A stretch of 64,000 nucleotides of DNA. Source: a virus. Positions within the stretch are counted from its first letter, which is position 1. Every line of letters begins with the position of its first letter. This document shows positions 55,165-63,588 of the stretch, one piece after another. The DNA is taken from positions 1-64,000 of IMG/VR virus record IMGVR_UViG_3300012683_000008; one strand, given 5' to 3'. Under the pieces are notes generated by a model. That model did no database searches, was not told the DNA's origin, and worked only from the letters and a program-made list of their open reading frames with translations. The position numbers and the translations under genes are program-made.

Positions 55165-56583
55165 TCAGTTGGTCGGGAGTCCGTCGAATTCCTGGCTGGC
55201 GAGACGAGCCAGGACCTTCTTCTGAAGGTCGGGCAGGGACTCGAAGATGGTGATGGGATCTTTCGAGAAGGCAGCGGCCAGCCCAGGTTCGAACTGCTTC
55301 GAGACCAGCGGCCGGCCGTTGAGGGCGAGCTTCTTGAGCTGGTCGCCGGAGACGTAGTCGCCCGTGTTGCTCATCCAGCTCCAGGCAGCACTCGCTTCCT
55401 TCACCTTGTTGCCGCCGAAGGTGGCGTAGAACGGGTCAGCGAGGTGGCCACCGTAGTACCAGTTCAGTCCGGCGACCTCGTCTGCCTCAGCGAGGAGCTT
55501 CACGAACTCGTCAGGCTCGATGCTGGCTCGCTTCTCCTGGAGAGTGTCCCAGAGCTCTGCGTGATCCGAAGCGAGGGAACGGCGGTTCGCCAGGTGCGCC
55601 TCGACATCAGGGGCGTACTCGACCGAGCCGTACCGCTCCAGCTCTTCGCTCACCGAGATGCCGAGCTCTTCAGCCCGTGAGGCTGTCTTCACGGCGAAGT
55701 CGTGACGGTCTTCTGGAGTGAGCTCCAGGTAGTTCTCGTTGAAGAACCGAACCGCCATCTGGACATCGCCGAAGCTGTCGAGCGGGTACTGGTTCAAGGC
55801 CATGTGCTGCGCTGAGGCCTTCTTCACTAGCAGAGGAGCTTCGAGGTTCGAGACGTCCACGACGTTGGCCATCTTCACCGGGCCGCAGCCGTCCTTCTCT
55901 TTCGGCTCGGCCTCGGGGTTCAGCTTGTGGAAGTCCTTGAGGTAGTCGACCTTGTCGCCCTTCTTGGGAGCCTTGGGCTTGAACCCGTCCCTCTTGTTGT
56001 CGGCCTTCTCCTGAGCATCGTCGATGTGATCCTGTGCCTCTTTCACCGAGGCGGTCTTCATCGAGCTCGCCGTGGGAATGACCCGACCAGCGTCGGCACC
56101 GCCTCGAACGCTCACGAGGTTCGTCCTCTCGTTCCAGTCGGCTTCGTCTCCGACCAGAGGCTGCCGCATCGGGTCTCTCGACCGAGCAGACCCCTTCGTC
56201 GGAGCGGCAGTAGCCTGCTCCTTCCGACCAGCGATCTTCTCCAGGCTCTCGATGGGAAGACCGAAGAACGAGCACGCCTGCCCGATGTTGGCCGCAGCGA
56301 CCTTCACTGCTTCCTCCGGGAGACGGTCTGCGTTCTCTGCGAGGTAGAGCGCCGAGAGAAGGGTGTTGCCGGGGTCGACGCAGGCGAACTTCCGAATCAT
56401 CTTGCCGTCGTTCTTCATGACGAGAGCGAAGGCATCGTCTCGGAGAATGTCTCTCTCTTCCGAAGACAGGATGTGGGCCACCTTGATGACCTCTGGAAGG
56501 GTCTCGGCCGTCGGGAAACTCCTCTTCAAGAGGGCGCCCTCCAGGTCGTCATAGAAGTCGAGAACCACGCCTGCGGTCTTCAT
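55165..56583 (-). CDS. Head-associated protein rich in K-x-A sites
   Basis: AAGGAG RBS; MKTA, KVA, EKIA, KEA, KMA and KKA sites. Confidence 0.7.
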   Translation of the reverse strand: MKTAGVVLDFYDDLEGALLKRSFPTAETLPEVIKVAHILSSEERDILRDDAFALVMKNDGKMIRKFACVDPGNTLLSALYLAENADRLPEEAVKVAAANIGQACSFFGLPIESLEKIAGRKEQATAAPTKGSARSRDPMRQPLVGDEADWNERTNLVSVRGGADAGRVIPTASSMKTASVKEAQDHIDDAQEKADNKRDGFKPKAPKKGDKVDYLKDFHKLNPEAEPKEKDGCGPVKMANVVDVSNLEAPLLVKKASAQHMALNQYPLDSFGDVQMAVRFFNENYLELTPEDRHDFAVKTASRAEELGISVSEELERYGSVEYAPDVEAHLANRRSLASDHAELWDTLQEKRASIEPDEFVKLLAEADEVAGLNWYYGGHLADPFYATFGGNKVKEASAAWSWMSNTGDYVSGDQLKKLALNGRPLVSKQFEPGLAAAFSKDPITIFESLPDLQKKVLARLASQEFDGLPTN

Positions 56584-56681
56584 CAACTGCTCCTTGGAGG
56601 GAGGGAATCGAGCATTTCAGTGTAGGTCCTTCCCCTCGGAACGGTCAACGAATTCCCCCGGACAAGAACGAATGCTTTCAC

Positions 56682-56689
56682 GGGATAAG
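56682..56689 (+). promoter_or_regulatory. Putative phage promoter motif GGGATAAG
   Basis: In the divergent intergenic region heading the replication genes. Confidence 0.6.
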
Positions 56690-56725
56690 AGGCAAGCGGG
56701 AATCATTAAACTTGAAGGAGGTGGA

Positions 56726-57316
56726 ATGCAGCCGCAACTTTACGGGAATCCGAGCGTCGGTAATCGCCCAAGCTGCTGGGGCAAGCCGGACATCTACGAC
56801 AGTCAAGACCGTGAGTGTCGAGGATGCGGATTCCAGAGTTCATGCCGTGATCAAGTCATCAAGTTAACCCCAGCCCAACAGAACCCGCCTGTGACGACCA
56901 CACCTGCGCCGTATTATCACTCGTACGCTCCATACGCTGCGCCGCAACCGACTGTCGCTCCAGCGCCAGTGCCGGCTCCGGTTCAGATCTCGCAGTACAG
57001 ACCGGCTCCAGTGGCACCTGCTCCAATCGCTCCGCCGACGTATACAGCGCCAGCGACGAGGGCACCAGTTCCACAACAGCCACCGCAAGCCGCTCAGTTC
57101 CAGCAAGACTGGTACGGGCGGATGCAAGATCCTCTCTTCTTCACGGTTCTCTCTCCTCCGCCTCTTCGTCAGCAAATGTACGGCGAGACGTTCGGAGAGC
57201 GCTTCTTCAAGAACCTTCTTCTGGATGTTGGTGCGATGGCTGCTGGCCATCTCATGCTCGCTCTGCGGCAGATGCTGCTTCCGCCGCTGCCTCCGGATCC
57301 GACTCAGCGTCGGTGA
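56726..57316 (+). CDS. Cys-cluster, Pro-rich hypothetical protein
   Basis: AAGGAGG RBS; CWG...CRGC...C. Confidence 0.7.
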   Translation: MQPQLYGNPSVGNRPSCWGKPDIYDSQDRECRGCGFQSSCRDQVIKLTPAQQNPPVTTTPAPYYHSYAPYAAPQPTVAPAPVPAPVQISQYRPAPVAPAPIAPPTYTAPATRAPVPQQPPQAAQFQQDWYGRMQDPLFFTVLSPPPLRQQMYGETFGERFFKNLLLDVGAMAAGHLMLALRQMLLPPLPPDPTQRR

Positions 57317-57349
57317 TCGAATGTCAGAGCGGCAAGGTAAGGTGAAATC

Positions 57350-58822
57350 ATGAAGCTGACCCTGCCGTTCAAAGACCCAACGAGAGCGTACGTCTCGAAC
57401 CAGCTCTGGCTCCCCAAGGAAGGAAACGTCCTTGGTGGGGTCAGAGTCGGTCCGATTCAAAAGGCTCTTGAGTTCACTGTGGGTCGAGCGGGGCAACTCG
57501 ATGTTCTGAAGATGTGGGAAGAGTCTAGGGGTCACGTCATCTGCCCCCGAGAGTTCCTTCCGACGTCGGAGTACGTGAAGTACAAGTTCCCCTTCGTCGA
57601 TCTTAGGCCTCGGTTCCAGGACCGCTACTTCCAAGACCTCGTAGAGCCGAGGAACGAAGAGCAGGTCAAAGCTTGGGAGGCGCTGAGTCGCAACGACAAC
57701 GGCATCCTCAACTTGGGCTGCGGCAAGGGGAAGACGAAGCTCTCTCTGAAGAAGATTGCTCAGAAGGGAACGCCCACTCTGATCATCGTTCCGGATGGCG
57801 GGATGCTCGACCAATGGCGGCAGTCGATTCAAGGAAGCGACAGAACCCCACAGGGTCTGCGCTTCGACGGAGGCATCGGTCTCGTCCACGAGAGTCACTT
57901 CGACTGGAGAGGCCGTCCTCTGGTGTTGGCGAACGTTTACAACTTAGCCCTCAAGATCCGAGATGGAAGAGTTCCTGAGGAGTTCTTCAGGTACTTCGGA
58001 CTTGTCGTCTACGACGAGGTCCACCAGATGGGGGCGCCAGTCTTCAGTCAGTGCGCCTGGCCCTTCTATGGAGACCGCATCGGCCTCACCGCAACGGTGC
58101 AGAGAGAAGACGGGCTCGACCCCATCTACCGCTACCACATCGGAGAGCCCTTCTACTCCGACCTCGTGCAGCCCCTCATTCCTCTGATCTACTTCCAGAA
58201 GACACCAGTCAGGCTCGACATCGCTCCGACCATCAGGAACGGTTCCGTTCACCTCGGGCTGTTGCGAACGTCACTGGGCAGGGACCTGACCGGGAACACG
58301 TATCGCTACTACGCCATCAAGGAAGCGCTGGACCAGGGCAGGAAGATCCTCTGCCTCTCGCACTCGAAGGACCAGCTCTACCTGATGCACTCGCTCTTCC
58401 CAGGCTCCGGACTCCTCGTTCAGGAGACACCGACGAACCGGCGGCTGGAGATTCTACGGAACAGCCAGGTCTGCTTCGCCATCTCACGGCTCGGGGACAA
58501 GGGCGTAGATGATGACCGCTTGGACACGTTGTTCTGGCTCACCCCGTTCAAGTCTCTCATCTCCTTGCAGCAATCCATCGGTCGAGTACAAAGGTCCCTC
58601 GAAGGCAAGAGGCATCCTGTGGTGGTCATCTTCGAGGACAACCTCGTCTCGACGCTGAAGAACCTGTGCCTGAGACTGAAGCAGACGTTCAGGCAGTGGC
58701 AGTTCAACTTCGATGTACTTCAACCGGGACGGTTCCAGAGGGAGCTGCCCCCAGAACTGAGAGCAATCTATGAGCAACGATTCCAGCAACTCCCCCAACG
58801 CGGCGACGCAGACGACGACTGA
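57350..58822 (+). CDS. Superfamily 2 DExH helicase
   Basis: GCGKGKT, YDEVH, GLTAT, QSIGRVQR. Confidence 0.92.
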   Translation: MKLTLPFKDPTRAYVSNQLWLPKEGNVLGGVRVGPIQKALEFTVGRAGQLDVLKMWEESRGHVICPREFLPTSEYVKYKFPFVDLRPRFQDRYFQDLVEPRNEEQVKAWEALSRNDNGILNLGCGKGKTKLSLKKIAQKGTPTLIIVPDGGMLDQWRQSIQGSDRTPQGLRFDGGIGLVHESHFDWRGRPLVLANVYNLALKIRDGRVPEEFFRYFGLVVYDEVHQMGAPVFSQCAWPFYGDRIGLTATVQREDGLDPIYRYHIGEPFYSDLVQPLIPLIYFQKTPVRLDIAPTIRNGSVHLGLLRTSLGRDLTGNTYRYYAIKEALDQGRKILCLSHSKDQLYLMHSLFPGSGLLVQETPTNRRLEILRNSQVCFAISRLGDKGVDDDRLDTLFWLTPFKSLISLQQSIGRVQRSLEGKRHPVVVIFEDNLVSTLKNLCLRLKQTFRQWQFNFDVLQPGRFQRELPPELRAIYEQRFQQLPQRGDADDD

Positions 58823-59270
58823 ACTCGATGAGCTCAAGAAAGAGCTCAAGGAGAAGGGCATCGACACGGAGAAGCTCGCCGTCCTCATGATCGGAGGGGA
58901 GCAGATTCTCGGCGAGGTCGTTCACGAGGATCGGGACATCATGACGGACGATCGCCTGGTCGGGAACCTCGTCAGGCTCAAGAACCCGAAGCGGTACATG
59001 CGGCTTCAGCGGATGACTCAGGACGGATCGGCAATGTCCGTCGACGTCTTCGTGGGCGGCCTCGATCTCATCGAAGACGATGGGTCCGAGATTCAGGTGC
59101 ACGCACTCGGTGGCTACTGGCTCAGGAAGCTCGGCCTGAACTCGCAGCGGGAGCTGATGAAGACGCTGGTGATGTTCTTCAAGCACAGGACGATGGCTCG
59201 GGCCGCCAAGGCCGGTCTCATTACGCCCGACGGGCGTCTCAACATCGGAGGGATGGGTGGCAAAGGCTAA
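58770..59270 (+). CDS. Hypothetical protein
   Basis: Coupled ORF with typical codon bias. Confidence 0.65.
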   Translation: MSNDSSNSPNAATQTTTELDELKKELKEKGIDTEKLAVLMIGGEQILGEVVHEDRDIMTDDRLVGNLVRLKNPKRYMRLQRMTQDGSAMSVDVFVGGLDLIEDDGSEIQVHALGGYWLRKLGLNSQRELMKTLVMFFKHRTMARAAKAGLITPDGRLNIGGMGGKG

Positions 59271-60057
59271 GAAGGAAGAAGCAGTTCCCCTCCCTTACTT
59301 GGAGGGAGACGGTGATGAACAGCTCCAGGGCCTCTACGGTCAGTGGTACGCCTGTTCGAAGTGCCCGCTGCACGTAGAGAGACCGGGACCAGACGTTGTC
59401 TTCGGAGAGGGCAAGGCGAAGGCTCGCATCCTGTTGGTCGGAGAGGCCCCTGGTGAGGAAGAAGAACGCACGGGCATCCCGTTCCATGGACCCTCGGGTC
59501 AGCTCTTGAACCAGATGCTGGCTCTCGTGTCTGACGACCTGGAAGTCCAGGAGATCAGCAAATGGTACGACAAGGCGGCTCGGACGAAGGAGAACGTGCG
59601 GCGCTTCCACGAAGTCGTTGCCGAGTGGAGGAAGAAGGAGTTCTTCATCACCAACGTCGTCTGCTGTCGGCCACCGGAGAACAGGCAGCCGACCAACCCA
59701 GAGATCAAGTCCTGCTCTGAGCGCCTCAGGGCGATCATCAACATCGTCGACCCGCTGGTCATCATCAGCATCGGCAAGACGGCTCTCGAAGCTCTGGTTC
59801 ACAGAGTGACCGAGATCACCCAGAAGCGTGGTCAGCTCCATGAGATCGAAGTCATGGGGCGAGTCATGCCGGTGAAGTACCCGGTGATGCCCATCCTTCA
59901 TCCCTCGTACCTCCTGCGAAAGGCGGACTGGAAGGTGAAGGATGGTGACTACGCCAAGACGGTGAAGGACCTCTACAAGGCGATGCGTCTGAAGGACGAG
60001 CTCATGCTCCACAACTTCGGCACGCCCATTCCAGAAAGGGTGGATCCCACCAGATGA
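59257..60057 (+). CDS. Family-4 uracil-DNA glycosylase (Fe-S)
   Basis: CSKC, GEG, GEAPG, CRPPENR, HPS. Confidence 0.92.
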   Translation: MAKAKKEEAVPLPYLEGDGDEQLQGLYGQWYACSKCPLHVERPGPDVVFGEGKAKARILLVGEAPGEEEERTGIPFHGPSGQLLNQMLALVSDDLEVQEISKWYDKAARTKENVRRFHEVVAEWRKKEFFITNVVCCRPPENRQPTNPEIKSCSERLRAIINIVDPLVIISIGKTALEALVHRVTEITQKRGQLHEIEVMGRVMPVKYPVMPILHPSYLLRKADWKVKDGDYAKTVKDLYKAMRLKDELMLHNFGTPIPERVDPTR

Positions 60058-60365
60058 GTGAAGAAAACGAAGAGAAGACCTGGGCCTCGATCCTCGTTCC
60101 ACTGACGCTGGCAGTACCTCTGATCATGTGGAGAGGTTTCGTGTTCTGCAAGTTGTGGGGATGGTTCTTCCTCCGACTCGGGGCTCCGCCGGTAACGCTG
60201 GTGGAAGGGCTCGGCGTCTGGCTGGTCGTGTCGTTTGCGACGGTCAGGTACGACGGAAAGAAGGATCAACGAGCAGACGAGAAGTGGTGGGCAGTGCAGT
60301 TCGTCAGGTTCCTCTTTCCTGCCTGCTTTCTTCTCTCAGGATGGATCTACCAGAAGTTCCTGTGA
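60054..60365 (+). CDS. Small multi-pass membrane protein
   Basis: Three hydrophobic segments; LWGWF. Confidence 0.65.
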   Translation: MSEENEEKTWASILVPLTLAVPLIMWRGFVFCKLWGWFFLRLGAPPVTLVEGLGVWLVVSFATVRYDGKKDQRADEKWWAVQFVRFLFPACFLLSGWIYQKFL

Positions 60366-60373
60366 GGTAAGCC

Positions 60374-60610
60374 ATGAGTGGCGACATTCCGTTCTACGTA
60401 ACCGTCATGGGGAAGAGGTTCTACGAAGGGACCGTCCCCAAGCTCGTGAGAGAGCTCGAACGTCTCAACGACAACCTGGAGAAGTTCATCAAGGAGGGTA
60501 AGAAAGATGGAAAAGCAGGAGCACCAGCAGAGGATCGACGAGTACACGGAAGCGGTGAAGAAGTACAAGGAGATGGAGGAACACTTCCTCAGTGGCGGAG
60601 TGGCTGTTGA
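60374..60610 (+). CDS. Hypothetical protein
   Basis: GAGG RBS; T.MGKRFYE.T.P.L. Confidence 0.55.
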   Translation: MSGDIPFYVTVMGKRFYEGTVPKLVRELERLNDNLEKFIKEGKKDGKAGAPAEDRRVHGSGEEVQGDGGTLPQWRSGC

Positions 60611-61106
60611 GATCAACCGCTTCGCCGGTGGCGACGCAGCTCGGGTCAAGGAGCAGTTCCAGGCCTACGTGCAGCAGCTTCAGGCTGCTCTCGAAGACTC
60701 GAATGCCAAGCTCCAAGCTGCCAAGAACTCCTTCCGGCAGCTCGTGCAGCTCACGCCCATGCAGCAGCGTGGGCCTGAGGGGAAGGCCACCAAGATCGAC
60801 TACGGCCCTCTGAACGTCACCTCGGCGACCAAGAGGTGGCTCGACGCAACGTCCCTTCTGCAACTGGCCGCCAAGCACCAGATCCTGGACCGTCTTCTGG
60901 CCCTGACCACCTTCGACAAGGAAGGCAAAGAGTTCAAGCTCGTCGAGCAGCAGTGGATCATCAACTACGAGCACGTCTACAAGTGGCTCAAGGAGAACAA
61001 GCTCGACAACATCATCGACGGCTCCTACGACGAGAAGGAAGAGACTCCTCGTGTCGGTGGTGCCAAGCCTCTCGCCTTCCTGGGAGAGAAGATCGAGAAG
61101 TCGTGA
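60507..61106 (+). CDS. Coiled-coil hypothetical protein
   Basis: GGAGG RBS, strong codon bias. Confidence 0.7.
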   Translation: MEKQEHQQRIDEYTEAVKKYKEMEEHFLSGGVAVEINRFAGGDAARVKEQFQAYVQQLQAALEDSNAKLQAAKNSFRQLVQLTPMQQRGPEGKATKIDYGPLNVTSATKRWLDATSLLQLAAKHQILDRLLALTTFDKEGKEFKLVEQQWIINYEHVYKWLKENKLDNIIDGSYDEKEETPRVGGAKPLAFLGEKIEKS

Positions 61107-61315
61107 AGAACATCGACATCAGCTACACGCGGCGACAGTTCGATCTGATGATGACAGCCCTGGCCGCTCTGAGTGAGCACGACCTGGCAGTAGCCGAGCA
61201 CGCCAAGGGTCGGAAGTCGGCTCGTCGTGCGGTCAGGTTCTTTCTCGCCAGGAAGAACAGGGCTGCGAGGCTTCAGGTGAAGATGCTCCTGACCAAGCAG
61301 AAGCAGAAGAGGTGA
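61103..61315 (+). CDS. Small basic hypothetical protein
   Basis: GTGA overlaps on both sides. Confidence 0.55.
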   Translation: MKNIDISYTRRQFDLMMTALAALSEHDLAVAEHAKGRKSARRAVRFFLARKNRAARLQVKMLLTKQKQKR

Positions 61316-61686
61316 CGATGCATACCTACGTCAAAGAGCCCAGGTTCCATGTCACCTGTCAGCTCGAAGCACCAGACATGAAGACCGAAACACTCATCTT
61401 CGAAGGCGAAACCCCGAGGGAACTCATGGACCAGTACAAGCAGTTGATCGGTGACGGCAATGCGAGCGTGTCTGTGTCGACGGACATGAGCATCAAGAAG
61501 TTCGGCGCAGGTTCTTCGGCGATGGTGACGGTCTCACTGACCTGCAACCAGGATCAGCAGACCATCGCTGCGGCCATCGACCTGGCGGCGCAGACGGGCC
61601 GCTACTACGCCAAGGCGTACCAGCAGCAGGCCGAAGGAGAACTCCGTACTCTGCTCCAGTCGCAGGGTCGGCCAGTGGAGTTCTGA
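61312..61686 (+). CDS. Hypothetical protein
   Basis: Coupled ORF. Confidence 0.65.
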   Translation: MTMHTYVKEPRFHVTCQLEAPDMKTETLIFEGETPRELMDQYKQLIGDGNASVSVSTDMSIKKFGAGSSAMVTVSLTCNQDQQTIAAAIDLAAQTGRYYAKAYQQQAEGELRTLLQSQGRPVEF

Positions 61687-61997
61687 TGACGAAGCTCGAA
61701 CCCATCAGCAAGATCGACGCAGTCGACATCGGCGAGGTGACGATCAACCTCGCCATGCAGGGCAACTTCACCATGATGATCGCCACTGCTCACTACGCTC
61801 TCGTCGTCACTGAGACGGGAGTCAGAGTCGGCAAGGGCACTGTGTCTTCCTGGAGCCCTGCGACTCAGCAGAAGGTCAAGGACCTCCTCGCGGCGATGGA
61901 AGGTGACATCTGCGTCGAGGTGTTCGGGAAGGGACCTCAACCTGTTGAGGGTGCGGTCCAAGACACCCCCAATTCAGACGGCATCCCAGGGCTCTGA
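61686..61997 (+). CDS. Hypothetical protein
   Basis: TGATG overlap. Confidence 0.65.
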   Translation: MTKLEPISKIDAVDIGEVTINLAMQGNFTMMIATAHYALVVTETGVRVGKGTVSSWSPATQQKVKDLLAAMEGDICVEVFGKGPQPVEGAVQDTPNSDGIPGL

Positions 61998-62086
61998 TTG
62001 ACAGGGCCTTTCCGTCTGGTACTCAAGCGCCGCTCACCTCCTGCAAGAGGGGAGACTACTCGGCGACCAACTTGCTCCACTTGTCC

Positions 62087-62094
62087 GGGATAAG
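62087..62094 (+). promoter_or_regulatory. Putative phage promoter motif GGGATAAG inside a long hairpin
   Basis: Recurrent motif upstream of the DnaB-like gene. Confidence 0.6.
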
Positions 62095-62152
62095 GGACCC
62101 AGCGGTGGAACTTTAGGTCGCCGAGTCGGCGGCTCTAACCGGGGACTACAAC

Positions 62153-63586
62153 TTGTCAGCCAATATCGAACTCGCTCTCCTCACACGTGCTGCGGAGACG
62201 GGAGACTTCAACTCGCTTGTGAAAGCGGGAATCACCGAGGGCTACTTCTTCACGCCCGAGGCCAGAGAAGTCTTCCGTTTCCTCAATGAGATGTACCACG
62301 CACCAGCAACCGCTGGGCAGGTACCGACGATTGACTTCGTCCGGTACCGGTTTCCCACGCTGCACCTTAGCTCTCCTCCGGACACTGTTCCGATTCTTGC
62401 CGAGCAACTCAGGCAGGAGAAGCTTCGCATCGAGCTCTTGCAGTTGGCTCAGATGATCAACGATCGAGCAGGTCTCGACACTGCGGCATGTATCGCCGAG
62501 CTTCGACAGAAGTCTGTCGAGATCGCCTCGATGCATGAGCCAGGAGAAGACCTCTCCATGTCGGCTGTCTACGACATGATCAAGAGTGAGTACGAGCTCG
62601 TGCAGAACACGCACGGAATGCTCGGCATCCCATACCCATGGGCCGTTCTGAACGATGAGCTCCAAGGCATGCAGGCGAGCCAGTTCATCGTCCTGTTCGG
62701 TCGTCCGAAGTCGATGAAGACGTGGATCGCCGTCTACATGGCGGCTCATGCGTACATCCACTCTCGGAGAAGGGTTCTCTTCTACACGAGAGAGATGCAC
62801 CCGAAGCAGATCGCCAAGAGAGTCGCCTGCGCCATTGCTCGGGTCGACTACAAATCGTTCGTCAGCGGTCGTCTTCAGCCAGAGCTCAGGCAACGGGTCT
62901 TCACCATCCTCCAGGAACTCAGGGATGACGAGACTGCTTCCGGCACCTACGCAGGTCATCAGCCGTGCTTCCGCATCACCACGGACCGAGGTCGTTCTGG
63001 TCGTGGCAGCGGTGGCGTGGCGTGGCTCCAGGCGAAGATTCGTGAAGTCCAGCCGCACATCGTCTTCGTCGATGGCATGTACCTGATGAAGGACGACCGT
63101 TCGAACCAGCGCTCGATCGACTGGAAACAGGTCGCTCACATCTCTCAGGACCTGAAACTCACCTGCCAGGAGTTCGAGATTCCGCTCATCGGCATCACTC
63201 AAGCGAATCGTAGTTCGGACAAGTCCAAGGGCGAGGATCTCACCGAGCTCTCCTTCTCTGACTCACTGGGGCAGGACGCAGATGCAGTCTTCAGAGTGTC
63301 GAAGGTCAACAGAGTCGACGAAGCAGGTCAGAAGAGGACCGAACTCCTACTGACGGCGCCAGGTCTTCGAGAAGGAACCTTCGAGGGCATGGTGCTCAAC
63401 GGGCAGCCGGCGACGAACTTCGACTACATCCGGACGATGACGTCTGGAGACTCGGAGAGCGACTACGGTGACCAGAGAAACCGTGGTCGTGGTGGTGGCC
63501 CGAGAGGCGGGCCTCCTCCGGGAGGAGCCAGTTCGTTCCGACGTCCTCCCAATGACCCTCGCATCAACAACGGCGCATTGAGGTAG
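62153..63586 (+). CDS. dnaB: DnaB-like replicative helicase
   Basis: GRPKSMKT Walker A variant, TREM, FVDGMYL, QANR, SDSLGQDAD. Confidence 0.9.
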   Translation: MSANIELALLTRAAETGDFNSLVKAGITEGYFFTPEAREVFRFLNEMYHAPATAGQVPTIDFVRYRFPTLHLSSPPDTVPILAEQLRQEKLRIELLQLAQMINDRAGLDTAACIAELRQKSVEIASMHEPGEDLSMSAVYDMIKSEYELVQNTHGMLGIPYPWAVLNDELQGMQASQFIVLFGRPKSMKTWIAVYMAAHAYIHSRRRVLFYTREMHPKQIAKRVACAIARVDYKSFVSGRLQPELRQRVFTILQELRDDETASGTYAGHQPCFRITTDRGRSGRGSGGVAWLQAKIREVQPHIVFVDGMYLMKDDRSNQRSIDWKQVAHISQDLKLTCQEFEIPLIGITQANRSSDKSKGEDLTELSFSDSLGQDADAVFRVSKVNRVDEAGQKRTELLLTAPGLREGTFEGMVLNGQPATNFDYIRTMTSGDSESDYGDQRNRGRGGGPRGGPPPGGASSFRRPPNDPRINNGALR

Positions 63587-63588
63587 CC

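Noticed and set aside
61998-62030. Sigma70 promoter starting with TTGACA upstream of the DnaB-like gene
   Set aside because: The -35 is perfect but there is no TAnnnT at 16-18 nt spacing
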